Positions 1 to 12,300 of a DNA stretch of 64,000 nucleotides are shown piece by piece. A program made the translations under genes and the position numbers. Below the pieces are notes generated by a model. That model made no database searches, had not been told where the DNA came from, and worked only from the letters and a program-made list of their open reading frames with translations. The stretch is from the NCBI GenBank assembly GCA_000934665.2, contig KZ538010.1, positions 1 to 64,000 on the forward strand. The letters run 5' to 3'. Each line of letters begins with the position of its first letter. The first letter of the stretch is position 1. This DNA comes from Catajapyx aquilonaris (Eukaryota).

Positions 1-162
1 CATACGCTGTGATTGACCTTATAAAACATCGCTTTTTATTTCTTACAATGTGACTTTACAATTAATGCAACAAGAAAATTGCAAGTAACGATTATGTGTC
101 ACCTTTATTGATGCACGTGCACAATTAAAGTGTATCATTGATGCTAATTATGACCAGACAAA

Positions 163-1515
163 CTACAGACCATATGAAATCCTTTTATCTTTTTTCAATG
201 CAAACATTCTGCATCGTATCCGGTCCAACTTATCTTGAGTAGTCGCTCCTGGAATGTCATATCCCAGCTCTCGCAAAAACATGGCAACAACTGCAGCTGC
301 CACCAGAAGGGTTCCCATGGACGTCTCTGCTCTCCATACAAAATCCTCACCAAGTGCCGTTTGCCACATGAATGCAAAAAGGACATATGTGGTCAGTATG
401 ATGGACACTGGTCCAGCATCCTCCCATTTGAATGCCAGAGTCAGGAATAGCTCCGTCCCAAAGCTCAGCACAGCTAAGAATGCAAACAGGTAACGATCAT
501 TGCCGCATTCAAGGACGCACATGCCTCGATGCACAATCAGTGTAGATGTGCCCAGTACTGAAGTGCCAATGAGTCCGTACTGGAATAGGATGACCTCCAG
601 CGGCAAGCTCTGAAGTTTCCGTAGCATCACATAGATCCCAGCTGTCAGAATGGCATGCACAAATATGAATATGGGGCTGAACCAGTGTATTCCAGTTTCT
701 TCATCATTTTCAAATGAAATAGTGGGCCACACCAGAATCACTCCTCCCACAATGACCAGGGCAATGCACACCATGATGAATACACTGCATGGCTCCTTCA
801 GAAAGATGCGGGCAAACAAGACCGCAAATATGGGTACGCAGAACAATGTGAATGTAGCATCTGTTCTAGGGGTGATCTGGTAAGCAAAGAGGCGCAGCAT
901 ATACACAATTACTCCAGCTGCTGCTCGGATCACTAAGAGTTTCCTTCCACTCCGAGGGAACAGGTACTTAGAGTGAGGGCTTATGCTTCTGCAGATAATC
1001 ACTGGAAGAGTCATCAGCATGAACATGGAGAGGTATAGGGTAGCTCGATTTAACTGGTTGATGTAACTCAAACGTTTCATGTATGTTTGCACTACGGAGA
1101 AGAGGAACGCTGATAGAATGGCACAGAGAAGTCCAAGGCACCTCTTCTTCTCTCGCAGAACACTTACATGTGATGCACCTGAAGAATAACTTTCGGCTGC
1201 TGTGTACTGAGATGTTAGGTCCAGGGATCTTAGATCAAAGTCAGGTTCAGCAAGAAATCTTGCCACTTCCTGTGCAATGTCCTCTTGGAGACGAGCTACA
1301 TTTCTTTCGGATGGGCACCGGGGTGGAGTGTAAAAATCCCTATCTGATGTCACAGATGATAGCTGACTTGTCATAGATAGTTGCCCGCTTGGTGGGCAAG
1401 TGATATACTCAGCAGGCGAATCAGGTTCCACGGAATCATCATATTCACCAGACACATATGGAAGCATTGATGGATGATAAATCACATCTCGGTCTTCATA
1501 GTAACGACCTGTCAT
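163..1515 (-). CDS. SLC35G1: EamA/DMT-superfamily transporter, SLC35G1-like (450 aa, single coding exon)
   Basis: Uninterrupted ORF; acidic Ser-rich N-terminus then about 10 hydrophobic helices; DMT motifs PIFAVLFARIFLKEP and LTLAFKWEDAGPVSII. Paralog assignment not verified. Confidence 0.85.
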   Translation of the reverse strand: MTGRYYEDRDVIYHPSMLPYVSGEYDDSVEPDSPAEYITCPPSGQLSMTSQLSSVTSDRDFYTPPRCPSERNVARLQEDIAQEVARFLAEPDFDLRSLDLTSQYTAAESYSSGASHVSVLREKKRCLGLLCAILSAFLFSVVQTYMKRLSYINQLNRATLYLSMFMLMTLPVIICRSISPHSKYLFPRSGRKLLVIRAAAGVIVYMLRLFAYQITPRTDATFTLFCVPIFAVLFARIFLKEPCSVFIMVCIALVIVGGVILVWPTISFENDEETGIHWFSPIFIFVHAILTAGIYVMLRKLQSLPLEVILFQYGLIGTSVLGTSTLIVHRGMCVLECGNDRYLFAFLAVLSFGTELFLTLAFKWEDAGPVSIILTTYVLFAFMWQTALGEDFVWRAETSMGTLLVAAAVVAMFLRELGYDIPGATTQDKLDRIRCRMFALKKDKRISYGL

Positions 1516-4021
1516 TTTTTTATAATGCTGCAGGGCTGGTACAAATAGGCTTATGGCTTGCCACCTAGGCTGGTTTACTCTTCTGGTTCCAGGGACAGGG
1601 ATTACCAGCTATTCCTGGGTCATGGTTGGAGTCTGTCATCTAGCAATCTAACCAGGATGCAACAGTATTAATATGTTTTTAGAATTCGGAATTCAGCAAC
1701 ACCTCAGGCATGAGTTAACAGTTAATACACAGCATCTAGTATACTTGATTTCAATTATTCATTTACATACATGAATTCATCACATTTCCCCTATAAGGAG
1801 TAGTCAGCAATGAAGGATATGCCAGTTAATCCTAATAATAATGAAGTAAGAATGACACACAATCACATTATTCATGTAAAATAATGTTACTTTGAAATCT
1901 GAAGCATGCACATGGCTTCGTATGGGACAATAAATGTACTGCCCAATAGCTCTTTGTTGAAGAGAGGGCACAGGTACAGGGTGGGATACTTCTTGGAGTA
2001 GCCAGGGGAGAGACGGAAGGTAAGAGAGAGTAGCTCAACCAAAGAAAGTCAATGACGTGGAGGTCAAGGTTGTTCAATTATACTCCCCAAAAACACAAGA
2101 GGACCTATCCAAACTCTTTGAATGTTTTCATTCACCAAAACCACCATCCAGTCTCTTTGGTGTCTCTTACCCTCATACTATTTGGGCTCAAAGTTCTTAG
2201 ATGAGGGGTTTGTGATTTAATTTATATTCTCCCACCTCTCCTGATTACCAAAAATTCATTAATGTAAGTGACACATTATCAAAGTCTAAGATTTGACGCC
2301 CACATATATGGCTGCATTCCACTTTCACCTAACTCAATCTTGTACCAGGGAGATTAATATGAAATAGTACCAGCCAATAATAATGAACCGTGACTGTGAA
2401 TAAATACAAAATGAAGAATCATGAGGCTTTAGAAGCTTTTTTCACACATTCACATGCACACAAAATTATGTTGAAATCAGAGCAATATTGCAGCAGTAGA
2501 CATTAATTCATTTATCTCCATTCCTGACTTCTGTGTCCATTTGCTACAAAGAAACTGTACTGGAACAGATGATTCAGTCATCACCAGTAGCCTATATCAC
2601 CAGTGGAACTTATTTGTCCCTGTCAGCAACATGCTGCTCACACATTGGTACCAATGATAACATTTTTCCTCAGTGGGCTTCAGCATTCCCCACAGTATTG
2701 GCTCAACTATTGATCTGATGGGAACTAAAATGTGGGCGGGTTAGAGATCCATCCAAAGCCTTCTTCGCTCTGTATTTACTCATAGTCTTCATTCAGTTCA
2801 CTGGTACAGTTTCATTGAATCCTCCCAATAATGCTTAGGCAAAAAAAAATTAATACAAACAATTCATTAACAGCATCTTCTTGGGCAACCATCCATGCCA
2901 CATACTAATTTCAGTTTTCTCACTAAGGTTTGGTTGCACTCGCCTGCCTCCAAGAAACTTTTCTAGCTGGAAAAAAGTCACAGGTGAAAACATTGCTGAC
3001 AACAATGATAAACAGACTTTTCTGTCTCTTTTCCTACAAGAAATGTTTCCTAGTGGTTGTGCAACCCCAAACCTAATTACATAAACTAATTATTGGCAAA
3101 TGAACTTAACATAATTCAGTCATGAGGAGACTGTCATCTTTGAAAATTAGGCTGCTTGTAACTTAAAACATGATAAGTGCCTAATGAGTGGTTAAAAATT
3201 CAACAACAGAACTTACGATTTAAAATAAGAGTTTGAGTTGTGCTTGCACTCATCACCAATAATCAGTTGTGTGATTGTCACACTGACGAAAACATCAGCT
3301 CCCTAGTTTGCATATGACGTTCAACAATAAAGTTACTTGTTTACATTATCAATGTGCAGCAACCAAACTTTACAGTGATTATTGAAACCAATAATAATTA
3401 TGGGCATAGTTCATCTTGTAATTTTTTGCTGGTCCAAACTAGAGAGGCTCTCCAGTCCAAACAAGTGTGGATTAATCCAGGACAAATTTAAAGTAAAATT
3501 AACACGGTCACATATTCTTCTAACACATTTTAACTGCTGATATCAAGAATCACACTATAATTGAAATCACTGACATACTAAGCATATTATGTCAGCATTT
3601 CTAGTATACCTAAAAGCTCTCTTTCTGCTTATATGTCTGTCAATACTCATCGCCTAGGCCCTAGGTAGTAGTTACCATATATTTTCACTTTCCCTCTTCA
3701 ACAATTAGCCAACGTAATTATATCAGTCAGAGGGGGTAGGACCCACATCAATGGAGGCGAGACACACGCTGGTCATAGTGGTCTGGTGGGCTTTGTCCGC
3801 GTGGTGACTTGTCACCAACGTGCATGTACTACTACTTTCCCCCTGAGAGTGGCAGTAGCGTGCAGAGGGACAGTCTATGCGCCAACTGGTAGGGACCTAT
3901 GTACAGTACTACTTCCATGTTGGGGGAAAGAAGTGTTGCCAAAATTTGGCAACGAGTCCTCTACTAGTTATGTAGGATGTAATATAAAAACTACCATCAA
4001 TCTAAATGTAGGATCATCTGA

Positions 4022-4485
4022 AGGCCGGTATCAATGTGCGAGTTCCTCGTATGCGAGACGCCTACTGCGCATGTCCACGCAGGGCCTTCGAGACACTGCG
4101 AGACACGAGATAAAATTTCATGCCATCCCAACCGGGCCCTGGCAAGATGGCGCTGGTGGCAAGCTGGTGGGAAATGGCGGGAAAAAGGCGGGAAGGTGAG
4201 ATGTGAGTGAGGGGCCAAGCGCCGAGGGGGGAGAGTCAAAGGACAGATACAGCATCGGGCCCAGAGTGAGTTTGGCGAAATCACTAACCAGATTAGCTAT
4301 TGGGAGTCACGTGACGTGACTATGTACGAGGTGGTACGAGGCTTGGGCAGAAAGTTGAAATTTTCCACCATTTCTCGTATCCCTCTTGCAAGGACTTGCG
4401 AGGCATAGTAGATTCCATCTCAACATTCAAGATTTCTCGCATAAGAGGACTTGTATACGAGGAACTTGCACATTGATACCGGCCT
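4022..4485. mobile_element. MITE, PIF/Harbinger-like
   Basis: About 36-bp TIR AGGCCGGTATCAATGTGCGAGTTCCTCGTATGCGAG with its reverse complement at about 4450-4485 (3 mismatches); flanks TGA/TTA (imperfect 3-bp TSD). Confidence 0.8.
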
Positions 4486-5027
4486 TTAGGCTGCCTAAAT
4501 GGAATTAGGAGCTCTGCCATTTCTTATCCCTTGCAATGCTTCACTTTTAGTTACCGTATTTATAAGTATGGTTACGCACCCTCCTGAAAGGTTCTCCACA
4601 GCATCGGGTATAAAATTAGAGTAAGAGTGCTGGTCACTTGTTTATTTGCTTGTGGCAAACAGAAGCAGTGGGAAAGGGGCTGCTGCTGCATGTTGTGTTT
4701 CTGCAAAAAACTGCACACACTGCATAACTAAACTGCATATTCTGGCAAAAGGCTGTAATTTTTTGCCCAAATTGGATTATAATCATGTTACCATCTGCCA
4801 GGGTGAACAACATAGCTTGTCAAATTGCATTCAGCTATTATGGTCTTCTGCAATGTTAACTGTGTCACATTAATTTCATTACAACATATTTTGCAAAGCA
4901 GCCCTCTCACTATTCATTCCATGAAAACCAGATGGTCATTTCAAAACACTGCCCATATAAATTCTCGCATCAAACAGTCTACTAATTCAACTATTGTCAT
5001 TTAGCCCTCCTCGACTCACTGGTTCAC

Positions 5028-5381
5028 TCAGGCCCACGGCCTCTTGGGCGAATTGGATGCATGTGACAAAATCCACATCTGTTTGGGGGGTTTGACCATG
5101 GACATCTGCTTGTGCCTGGGGTGCGTCTTGCACATGACGTACAGCCTCTCCTCCCTCCACACAAAGTAGCAGTCCTTGCACCTCCTCTTCAGCCAGCCTT
5201 TCATCTTCATCCCGTTTGATGGGACCACAGTCAGTGCGGGAGGTGGGGCCAGCAGTTTCCGTGACCCAGGTGCCGCAGTCAGAGTGCAAAAGGAGGTCGG
5301 TAGGCACCGGTACGCAGCATGGGAGAGGCATGGTCGCAACAGGCTGGCTGCCATGCACCTCTGGAGCAACCGGCAAAACAT
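5028..5381 (-). CDS. MRPL36: Mitochondrial ribosomal protein L36 (bL36m), 117 aa
   Basis: [35 protein letters not shown] zinc-ribbon L36 domain after an Arg-rich presequence; ATG at 5381 lies just downstream of a TTTTCAG acceptor at 5394 (5'UTR intron). Confidence 0.95.
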   Translation of the reverse strand: MFCRLLQRCMAASLLRPCLSHAAYRCLPTSFCTLTAAPGSRKLLAPPPALTVVPSNGMKMKGWLKRRCKDCYFVWREERLYVMCKTHPRHKQMSMVKPPKQMWILSHASNSPKRPWA

Positions 5382-6114
5382 CCTGCCCTGCACCTGAAAA
5401 TGGAACTTGTTAATGGTCAGATCAGACGATCCGATTAATCCCAACCTTAACTCTCTCTCCTGGATTGGCGATAGTTACCCTCTTCAGTAGCCTTGGTATT
5501 GCACAGAATCAGTCTTCGCCGTGATCTTCAGTCTTCACTGTAGTCTCTGGTCTTCACTCTGGTTCACATGTGGTGAAAAGTCAGGAAAATAATAAAAAAA
5601 CAAATATGGCTGCCGGTAAACCAGCTGCGTTATTGACGGCCCTTCTCCAATGCCTCCCAAATTATTTACAATCATATCCTTTACAGGACTGGTACTGTAC
5701 AGTACCCAGTACCACACTTTCATTTTTAAATATTTATTTTACATGCATTGGTCCTTTTTTGCTTTTATTGCATCAACAATGGTGCCAATAGTAATGCACA
5801 CGGTACTGCACAATAGCCACGGCCCATTTATGACCTGAAAAAATTTATGTGCGCATCAACTATATCGTCGTAAATATCAGGCTATATTTTATAATATGTA
5901 AGCGTGCCACACATCTGTCCGATCCCAGTGCTGCGCCCCTTCTCTTCCAACAAGTGGTAGTCATACTGGCAGTGGGAGGGAGAGGAAGAAGTCAAGGCCA
6001 CACCTCCTGATCTTCTGTCACTCGAGTCAAGGGCAACGCTGTCAAGACATACTGCGCTGCTTTTGGTTGCACATTCAGCCCATTGATAATTCCTCGGATA
6101 ATTCTGACAAAAAA

Positions 6115-6928
6115 ATGGTCTCCCTGAGTGGCAAGTATCGTCTGGAAAAAAATGAGAACATGGACGAGTACTGGAAAGCTGTTGGTGAGTATAACTTCAC
6201 AAGTGCATGCTGTACACTCCTGTATTAATAAATTGTACTGTCTGTACTGTACTGTATACCAATTATGAGTTGCCCTTGGCATGGGGCAGTGGTATGTCAG
6301 GACAAACTTCCAACCAAATAGGCTGTCATTCTAAGCCAAAGTGTTCCTAATACATCTTTCCTAAATCTAAGACCATGCAACTTATAATGCAGTTTGGTAT
6401 CGCAGGCTTCCGAGACCTGTCCTTCAACCAGCGTGAAGAATTATTCCTCCTCTGTTGCGATTTTCACAGGGGTCCCGTACATTCCACGGAAGCTGATGTT
6501 GACTATGAGCCCTCAGATGGACATCACAATTGAGGGTAATGAGTGGACCATATCCACAAGTTCTGCCATGAGGACCAATGTCAACAAATTTAAACTTGGC
6601 GAGGAGTATGAGGAGACCATGCCCAGTGGGGACATCATCAAGGTTGTTGCGAGTCTGCAAAGTGATTGTGCACCTTGACATTTTTACCTCCCATCTGTTG
6701 TAGAATCTGTCCACACTGGAAGGCGAGACAAAGCTGGTGACTGCAATGAAGGCTGAGAAGGGAGATACCGAGAAGATATTGGAGTTCAGCGAGGAGGGTG
6801 TTATTATGGTATGACTTCATAAGTTTGCAAATACTAGTTAGTGGAGTACAATGATTTGCTATTTTCAGACGTTGACGCACACCAACGGGGTCGTTGGAAA
6901 GCGCATCTTCAAACGCCTGCCCAGCTGA
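6115..6928 (+). CDS. Fabp: Fatty acid-binding protein (135 aa, 4 exons)
   Basis: Exons 6115-6184, 6470-6642, 6704-6808, 6869-6928, all GT-AG and in phase; GKYRLEKNENMDEYWKAVG, FKLGEEYEE, KRIFKR; canonical FABP 4-exon layout with 173-nt exon 2. Confidence 0.93.
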
Positions 6929-7999
6929 AGTGCCTATGGCTCAAATGACACGATATTATTCTTGAAAATCATGTGGGGCTTGATGCTTTAATACTGTATA
7001 TCTATGAATGTATTTCTATGCTTGTACTAATGATTCCATAAATTACACTTTGAAGGCTCATTAGTGGTAATCTCTTTGCTATATCTAGCGAGCATATCCA
7101 TTCCTACATCCCTGAAATGAACATGTCATGTTACCGAGCACATATGTTCTTTGCAACCATCGTTACTGGGCATACAAGTACTTTGTATCAAGTATGTCCT
7201 TGCATTAACAGACAAGATAATTCTTGCTCCCTCTCAATTATAGGTTAAAATGGCTATCAAAGCATGCATCCGTATGTTCCAGATCTCAGTACAAAGTTCA
7301 TTATTCTTGTCCACTTCACTCAAGTTGATATATCAACTTGTGCATGTGAAAGATATATATATTTCACATGCTTCAGGCTAGTAATCTCATACCAGCCAAT
7401 ATTAGTTCATTGCAGAGGATGTATCTGTCGGAAAACATCGCTGGGGCCTGCTTCACAGAAACACCCAACAATTTCATGCCCCGAAACAAGGTTGATATTA
7501 AGAAGTGTACAGGTAGACCTCCAGATGAATTTTATTCACCAATCATTTTTACAAACATCCCCCCCAAGAAAGAGAGAGAAAAAAAAAAAATCCCTTTGGA
7601 AATCACAGCTCTATGCTTAATTTTGCCAGTCCAATGGTCCTTTTTAAATCTTCAAACCCAGTTAAATTGGCGCATTATTCGAAAGCTAAGATCCAGTGAG
7701 CACAGGCAAGCTACTTTTCCCATCTGTTCCTTTGCCATGATTCCAGGCAACCAAAATCTGTCTTCTCTACCACAAAAGATTATTGAACAGATATCCCAGT
7801 CACCATTTTAATCCCAAAATGAGTTATGTAACAAAAACAGCAGTTTCTTGACTAGTCTAATTACGCAGAGTAACTGAATTCCGATGACACCAGAAACTAA
7901 ATACAACCAACGCAGGCTGAGGAGGCTTTTAAAATTCCATCTGAATATATTTTTTCCCCACCATTCCAAACATTTTTGAAGCTAAAGCTAAGCAAAAAC

Positions 8000-10900
8000 T
8001 CATTTGGCGGTGAAAACCTTGCTCGTAGTGAACAGGACCTTCGCCTTCTGCTTTTTCTTCTTCTTCCCACTGTTCCCACCAGCATTTTCCCTGTCATCTG
8101 CCTTCTCCAGAGCAGATGCGATGGCTTCCCCAAAGCTGTGGTGATACTCAGGCACAGGAACATGGTCCTCCGACTCTGAGTCACTGTGTTGGGGGCGAAG
8201 TTTAGTTGCATTGGTTGATGTTGTCACTGGTCTAGGTGTAGCTGGCTTGCATTTGCCTTCTCGCAGCATCTGTTCAAAGTAAACAGAGAAGCTGAGTACC
8301 ACCTGGGTTTTCAGTTGATGGCAGCAAGTCTACCTGTGCAAATGAAGGGAATGATGGCTCAACGTGGGTTATGGTAGCTGCTTCTACCACAGATGGGTCA
8401 ATGGATGGAGTTTCCACATATGCAGTGGAAGGCGGCATAAGGTTGCTGCGTGAAGATTTATCAGTTACTTATCTTCGTACAAGACTCTGGCACATTGACA
8501 AGTGCACCATCTCAAAAGCATTGAAATATTAAGTTGTTGTGTGTTCTCAAATAAGGCATGTTCAATATTTGAATTCAGTTCAAAAATGGCACAAAGGAAA
8601 AATATTAAAACTAGGGCTAGAGGGGCTACATTTCAAATTTCCATTTTCACACACACAACTGATATTATTCACACTTTCCAGGCTAGTCAACAATGTGAAC
8701 TGACCTGTTTGCAGGGCTCTGGTTCTCAAAACTGTCAGGAAACTGCCTTCTTGAGTCAATCTTGATCTGCGCTGAAGGGAATTTCCCCCACTTTCGTCCC
8801 TCCTCCTCAGCAATTCGCTTCTCCCTCCTCCTCTCATCTCTAGCTCTCCTCTGTCGCCGTTGCCGCCTCTCCTCCATTCGTTGCCTGAAGAGCTGCAGGG
8901 TGGCCCGGGATACCAGGGGAGGCCCCATCTCAACTTCCACCACCTCCAGTGGAGAGGCCAGGGGCAAATGGCGAAGGTGGCGCAGGCGAGACCGCAGCTC
9001 TTCCGTGAGAGAGGCTGAGTCCACCTCCACTACACTGGCTGTAATCTCGGTGGGGCAGAGCTCCAGGGAGCCATACTGGGCAGCTAGCATCTGGATGTTG
9101 AGTGAGTGCATGAAGACAGGCTGACCATCTGCTGATTGGTAGAAGTAATGGCAGGCCCGCTTTGTGCTAGTCTGCGACGGAGAGTGCGAAAGTTCAGCTT
9201 CTCCAGGAGTCACTTCCAGGTCCTCTGCAGTTAGAGTTACAATGCTGGCATCCAATGCATCATCACTATGATTGCCTTCGCTGTCTGTGCTCTCATTACG
9301 GGTACTGCCAAAATAATCATGAAATGCCTAATTAGTCCTACACAACACAAGCTTCAACTTAAAATACTAACCGTCCTGGAGTGGGTGACCCAAACTCCGA
9401 TTCGGAAGCTGATTTATCATCCACTTCATCATCATAAGCCGACTTGTAAACTATCCTGTTGGCCAGCTCTCCAACTTCATCTGCCTCTTCAATATGAATC
9501 CCATTTTCTTCCACCTTCTTGTCTCCTTCTTTCTCTGCACCACTTCCACCAATTTTGCCATTGCTTCCTTCCCCTCCATTTGTTTTGCCACTCAGTTCTC
9601 TTTCCCTTTGTGCCAGCAAATCAAGTGCTTCCTCAATGAAGCATGATTCAGGGCAGTCTCCCTCCTCATGCAGTTTTGCCTGAAGCTCTTCCCTCTCACG
9701 GCTCAACACCATATACTTCACCTGCAATGTTCAACAATAGTCTTTGTAAAATACGCCTATAATCGAGCAGATAATGTCCTCCAAAGCCAAGTTTAGTCAG
9801 GATTAAGATTCCCAACCAATTCATTAAAGGCGTAAGGAGATTTAATTTTCCCAAAGATCATTTCGACATGAGGAATATATGTTGCCCTAGTCGAACTCAA
9901 CTCTTTGGGAGTCAGCTTGTAAGTATGGAATTCCATTTTCTCTTTCCAATTAAAGTATGTTAGCTCAAAACATATCTTTCCTCACATAGGAGTACATGCA
10001 CTTAAAGAATACAAGTTGCTCTACACTTGGAACCAAACATACTTCATCCTGAGTGGCAGTGAGCAGCTTGCAGTGAACAGCCTCATCCACTTCATCACCA
10101 ACAGTCATTGGGATTGACCTCTGCTTTCTACCATCTTGTGCCTTTCCCACCCACACTGGGACCAGTGAATCCCTGTCCCTGCACATCAGCCGGAGCTTCA
10201 CCTCCTGCTTGACTACGACAGGTCGACTGGGAACTGGTACCACACTCTTCAGCTCCTGCTTGGTGGTAATCTCAAAACAGATGGGGCAAGCCCTCCAACC
10301 CTCATCTGATAGAGACAAATAGTGCAGGATGCAGGGCCAGCAGTACACATGTCCACAACGAGTCATCTTGGCACACACAGGTGGGTAGAGGCAGATGGGG
10401 CATGAGGGCATTTCCAAGCATCGCAAGCGCTGTGAATTTTTTACAAATAATTAGTGATACTTCCAAACTCTGATAAATATAATACCCTGTACTTTAAATT
10501 TAATGAATATTTTAATCAGCCATTAGACTAGCCTAGTCAACAATAGAAAGTCTCTGAACTCACAATATCCTCAATTAAGTCCCACTGGACCAGCAAATCA
10601 GGATCACAATTGTAGACAGAGTAATCACAGCCATATTTGACCACAAACTGGCAATTGGCTTGGAGGTACTGCTCCTTGTTGTATTTAGGCCGGTGTGATG
10701 TATGTGAGACAAAGAACCCATTAATGCCCCTCCCCCGAACACCCCTGTGGTTGCCTCCACCTCGCCAGTTGTGGTTCTTGTACTGGACACCGTCACGTGG
10801 AACAAAATAAAAGTTCAGCAGGTGATTCAGGTTGGGCTTCTTGGTGCCTGGTACCAAAACTGATCCAAACTCAGGTTCTTCAGGTTCCGCTACCTGCAAA

Positions 10901-11971
10901 TTCGACAGTGGCATTAATACCCAATGACAGCATGCTTGCAGCATTCTTCTTACCTGTCCACAATTTTTATGCTCCGAGTTGTATTGTCCCCTAGGCCTTG
11001 GTCTCTTGTCAAGAGCCTTGCTTTTCTGTGGAGTGGGCTTGTTGCGGCCTGGATCAGCCCGGAGGCGAAGGCTTGAACCAGACTCACGTCCATGGCCAGT
11101 CTTTGGGAACAGCTTTGTGCCCCCTAAATCTGAAAATAAATATGACAATATTTCTTCTATTTATATGTGTAATATTTCAATAAATTCTGCAATTAATTAT
11201 CCACCATATTAACAATTCATATTCTAATATGCTCAAAATACAACACAATAAGTCAATAACCATGGTCATCACTCTTGAGCACATTCCTTTGGAAAGTCTG
11301 AGCATTACACCACCATTTCTTATATCTAGTTTGTGTAGGTACCGACAAAGGTACTGTCCCGACAATCACTGGTCAATCCCATGAATACGAATTACGGAAA
11401 CTTAGAAAGGCACGGGAAGTTCACTTCCAGTTTGCTTCACGGCTTTGCTTATCAGTCTGACCCTGGCACAGTTACTCAAGAGTGTCACAACCGGTCACAA
11501 CAGTAAACATCCTACTGAATGGAAAAATTATGCAATGCTCCTATAATTTAATTTTACAAGTTTTGTGCCCCGAGTTTCTCAGATAATAATAGTGGAATTA
11601 CTAGCATTTATTTTGCAGCTATGATTTTTGCATGTGACGGTGTTGCTTACGCCCTGTTCATCTCTATATGCCACAGCAACCTATACAAATCCAATTGAAC
11701 TCTGCGTTCAGCACAGATGTGATCTCAACATACTGAACCATATTTGAACAGTCATTGACATGTACAGGCTTTCCGAGTCACATGGTGCTTGGGCCCCGCC
11801 ACTACCCCGAGGCAACCCTGTGGCACTCGGCCACCTTTCCCAACCAGCCAACCATCCATCTACTGTCCATCCAAGCAGCAGTCCTCTCTCACCTTGCTTT
11901 CCTTTACCTTCTGCCACAGCGCCCTTGGAGGCAGCAGCGGAGGCCTGTGTTCCCCTGGCCTTCTTGTCCAT
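8000..11971 (-). CDS. RNF10: E3 ubiquitin ligase RNF10 (about 767 aa, 8 exons)
   Basis: Exons 11971-11893, 11129-10954, 10893-10564, 10429-10043, 9721-9372, 9304-8705, 8445-8334, 8269-8000; motifs NLNHLLNF, KEQYLQANCQFVV, RING CPICLYPP..TRCGHVYCWPCILHYL, YFYQSADGQ, PSFAQML, C-terminal GKKKKKQK. Confidence 0.95.
9772..9912 (-). ncRNA. Box H/ACA snoRNA in RNF10 intron 4 (predicted)
   Basis: Same strand as host. Hairpin 1 (UCCCAAAGA/UCUUUGGGA; UUCGAC/GUCGAA), H box AAAUUA, hairpin 2 (CUCC/GGAG; UUGGUUGGGA/UCCUGACUAA), ACA at 9777-9775; about 140 nt. Confidence 0.8.
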
Positions 11972-12254
11972 GGTGGGACAGCAGCAGGCCTTCACTCCCC
12001 TGGATCCAGCTGAGGGTATTCTCTCCCGAGAGAGGCACGACACGAGATTGGACGCCCGTCATCTTCAGAAAGCCATCTTCATGCAACCCCTTGACTGATA
12101 AAAAGTTGTCTCTCTCAAGACTCAAACCCTGTGGAGCAGGCGGGTGGTGGGACGGGTGGAAGGGGCCTTCTGGCGAGTGGCGGGGAGTCTCTGGCTCCCC
12201 GGCGGATGGGCCTGGCCCACGAAATTCAGGAGAACGACAAGAGAACACTTCTGT

Positions 12255-12300
12255 CTGGCGTCGCAAAATGGCGACGGATCACCTCGAAAAAAGCCAGGGG
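12255..12300 (-). promoter_or_regulatory. Putative RNF10 core promoter/TSS
   Basis: GC/CpG-rich segment with YY1-type AAAATGGCG (12265-12273) and a pyrimidine run CTTTTTTC on the minus strand (12293-12286). Confidence 0.4.

Noticed and set aside
4987..5376. Alternative-frame ORF overlapping MRPL36
   Set aside because: No recognisable features; the other frame carries the L36 domain.
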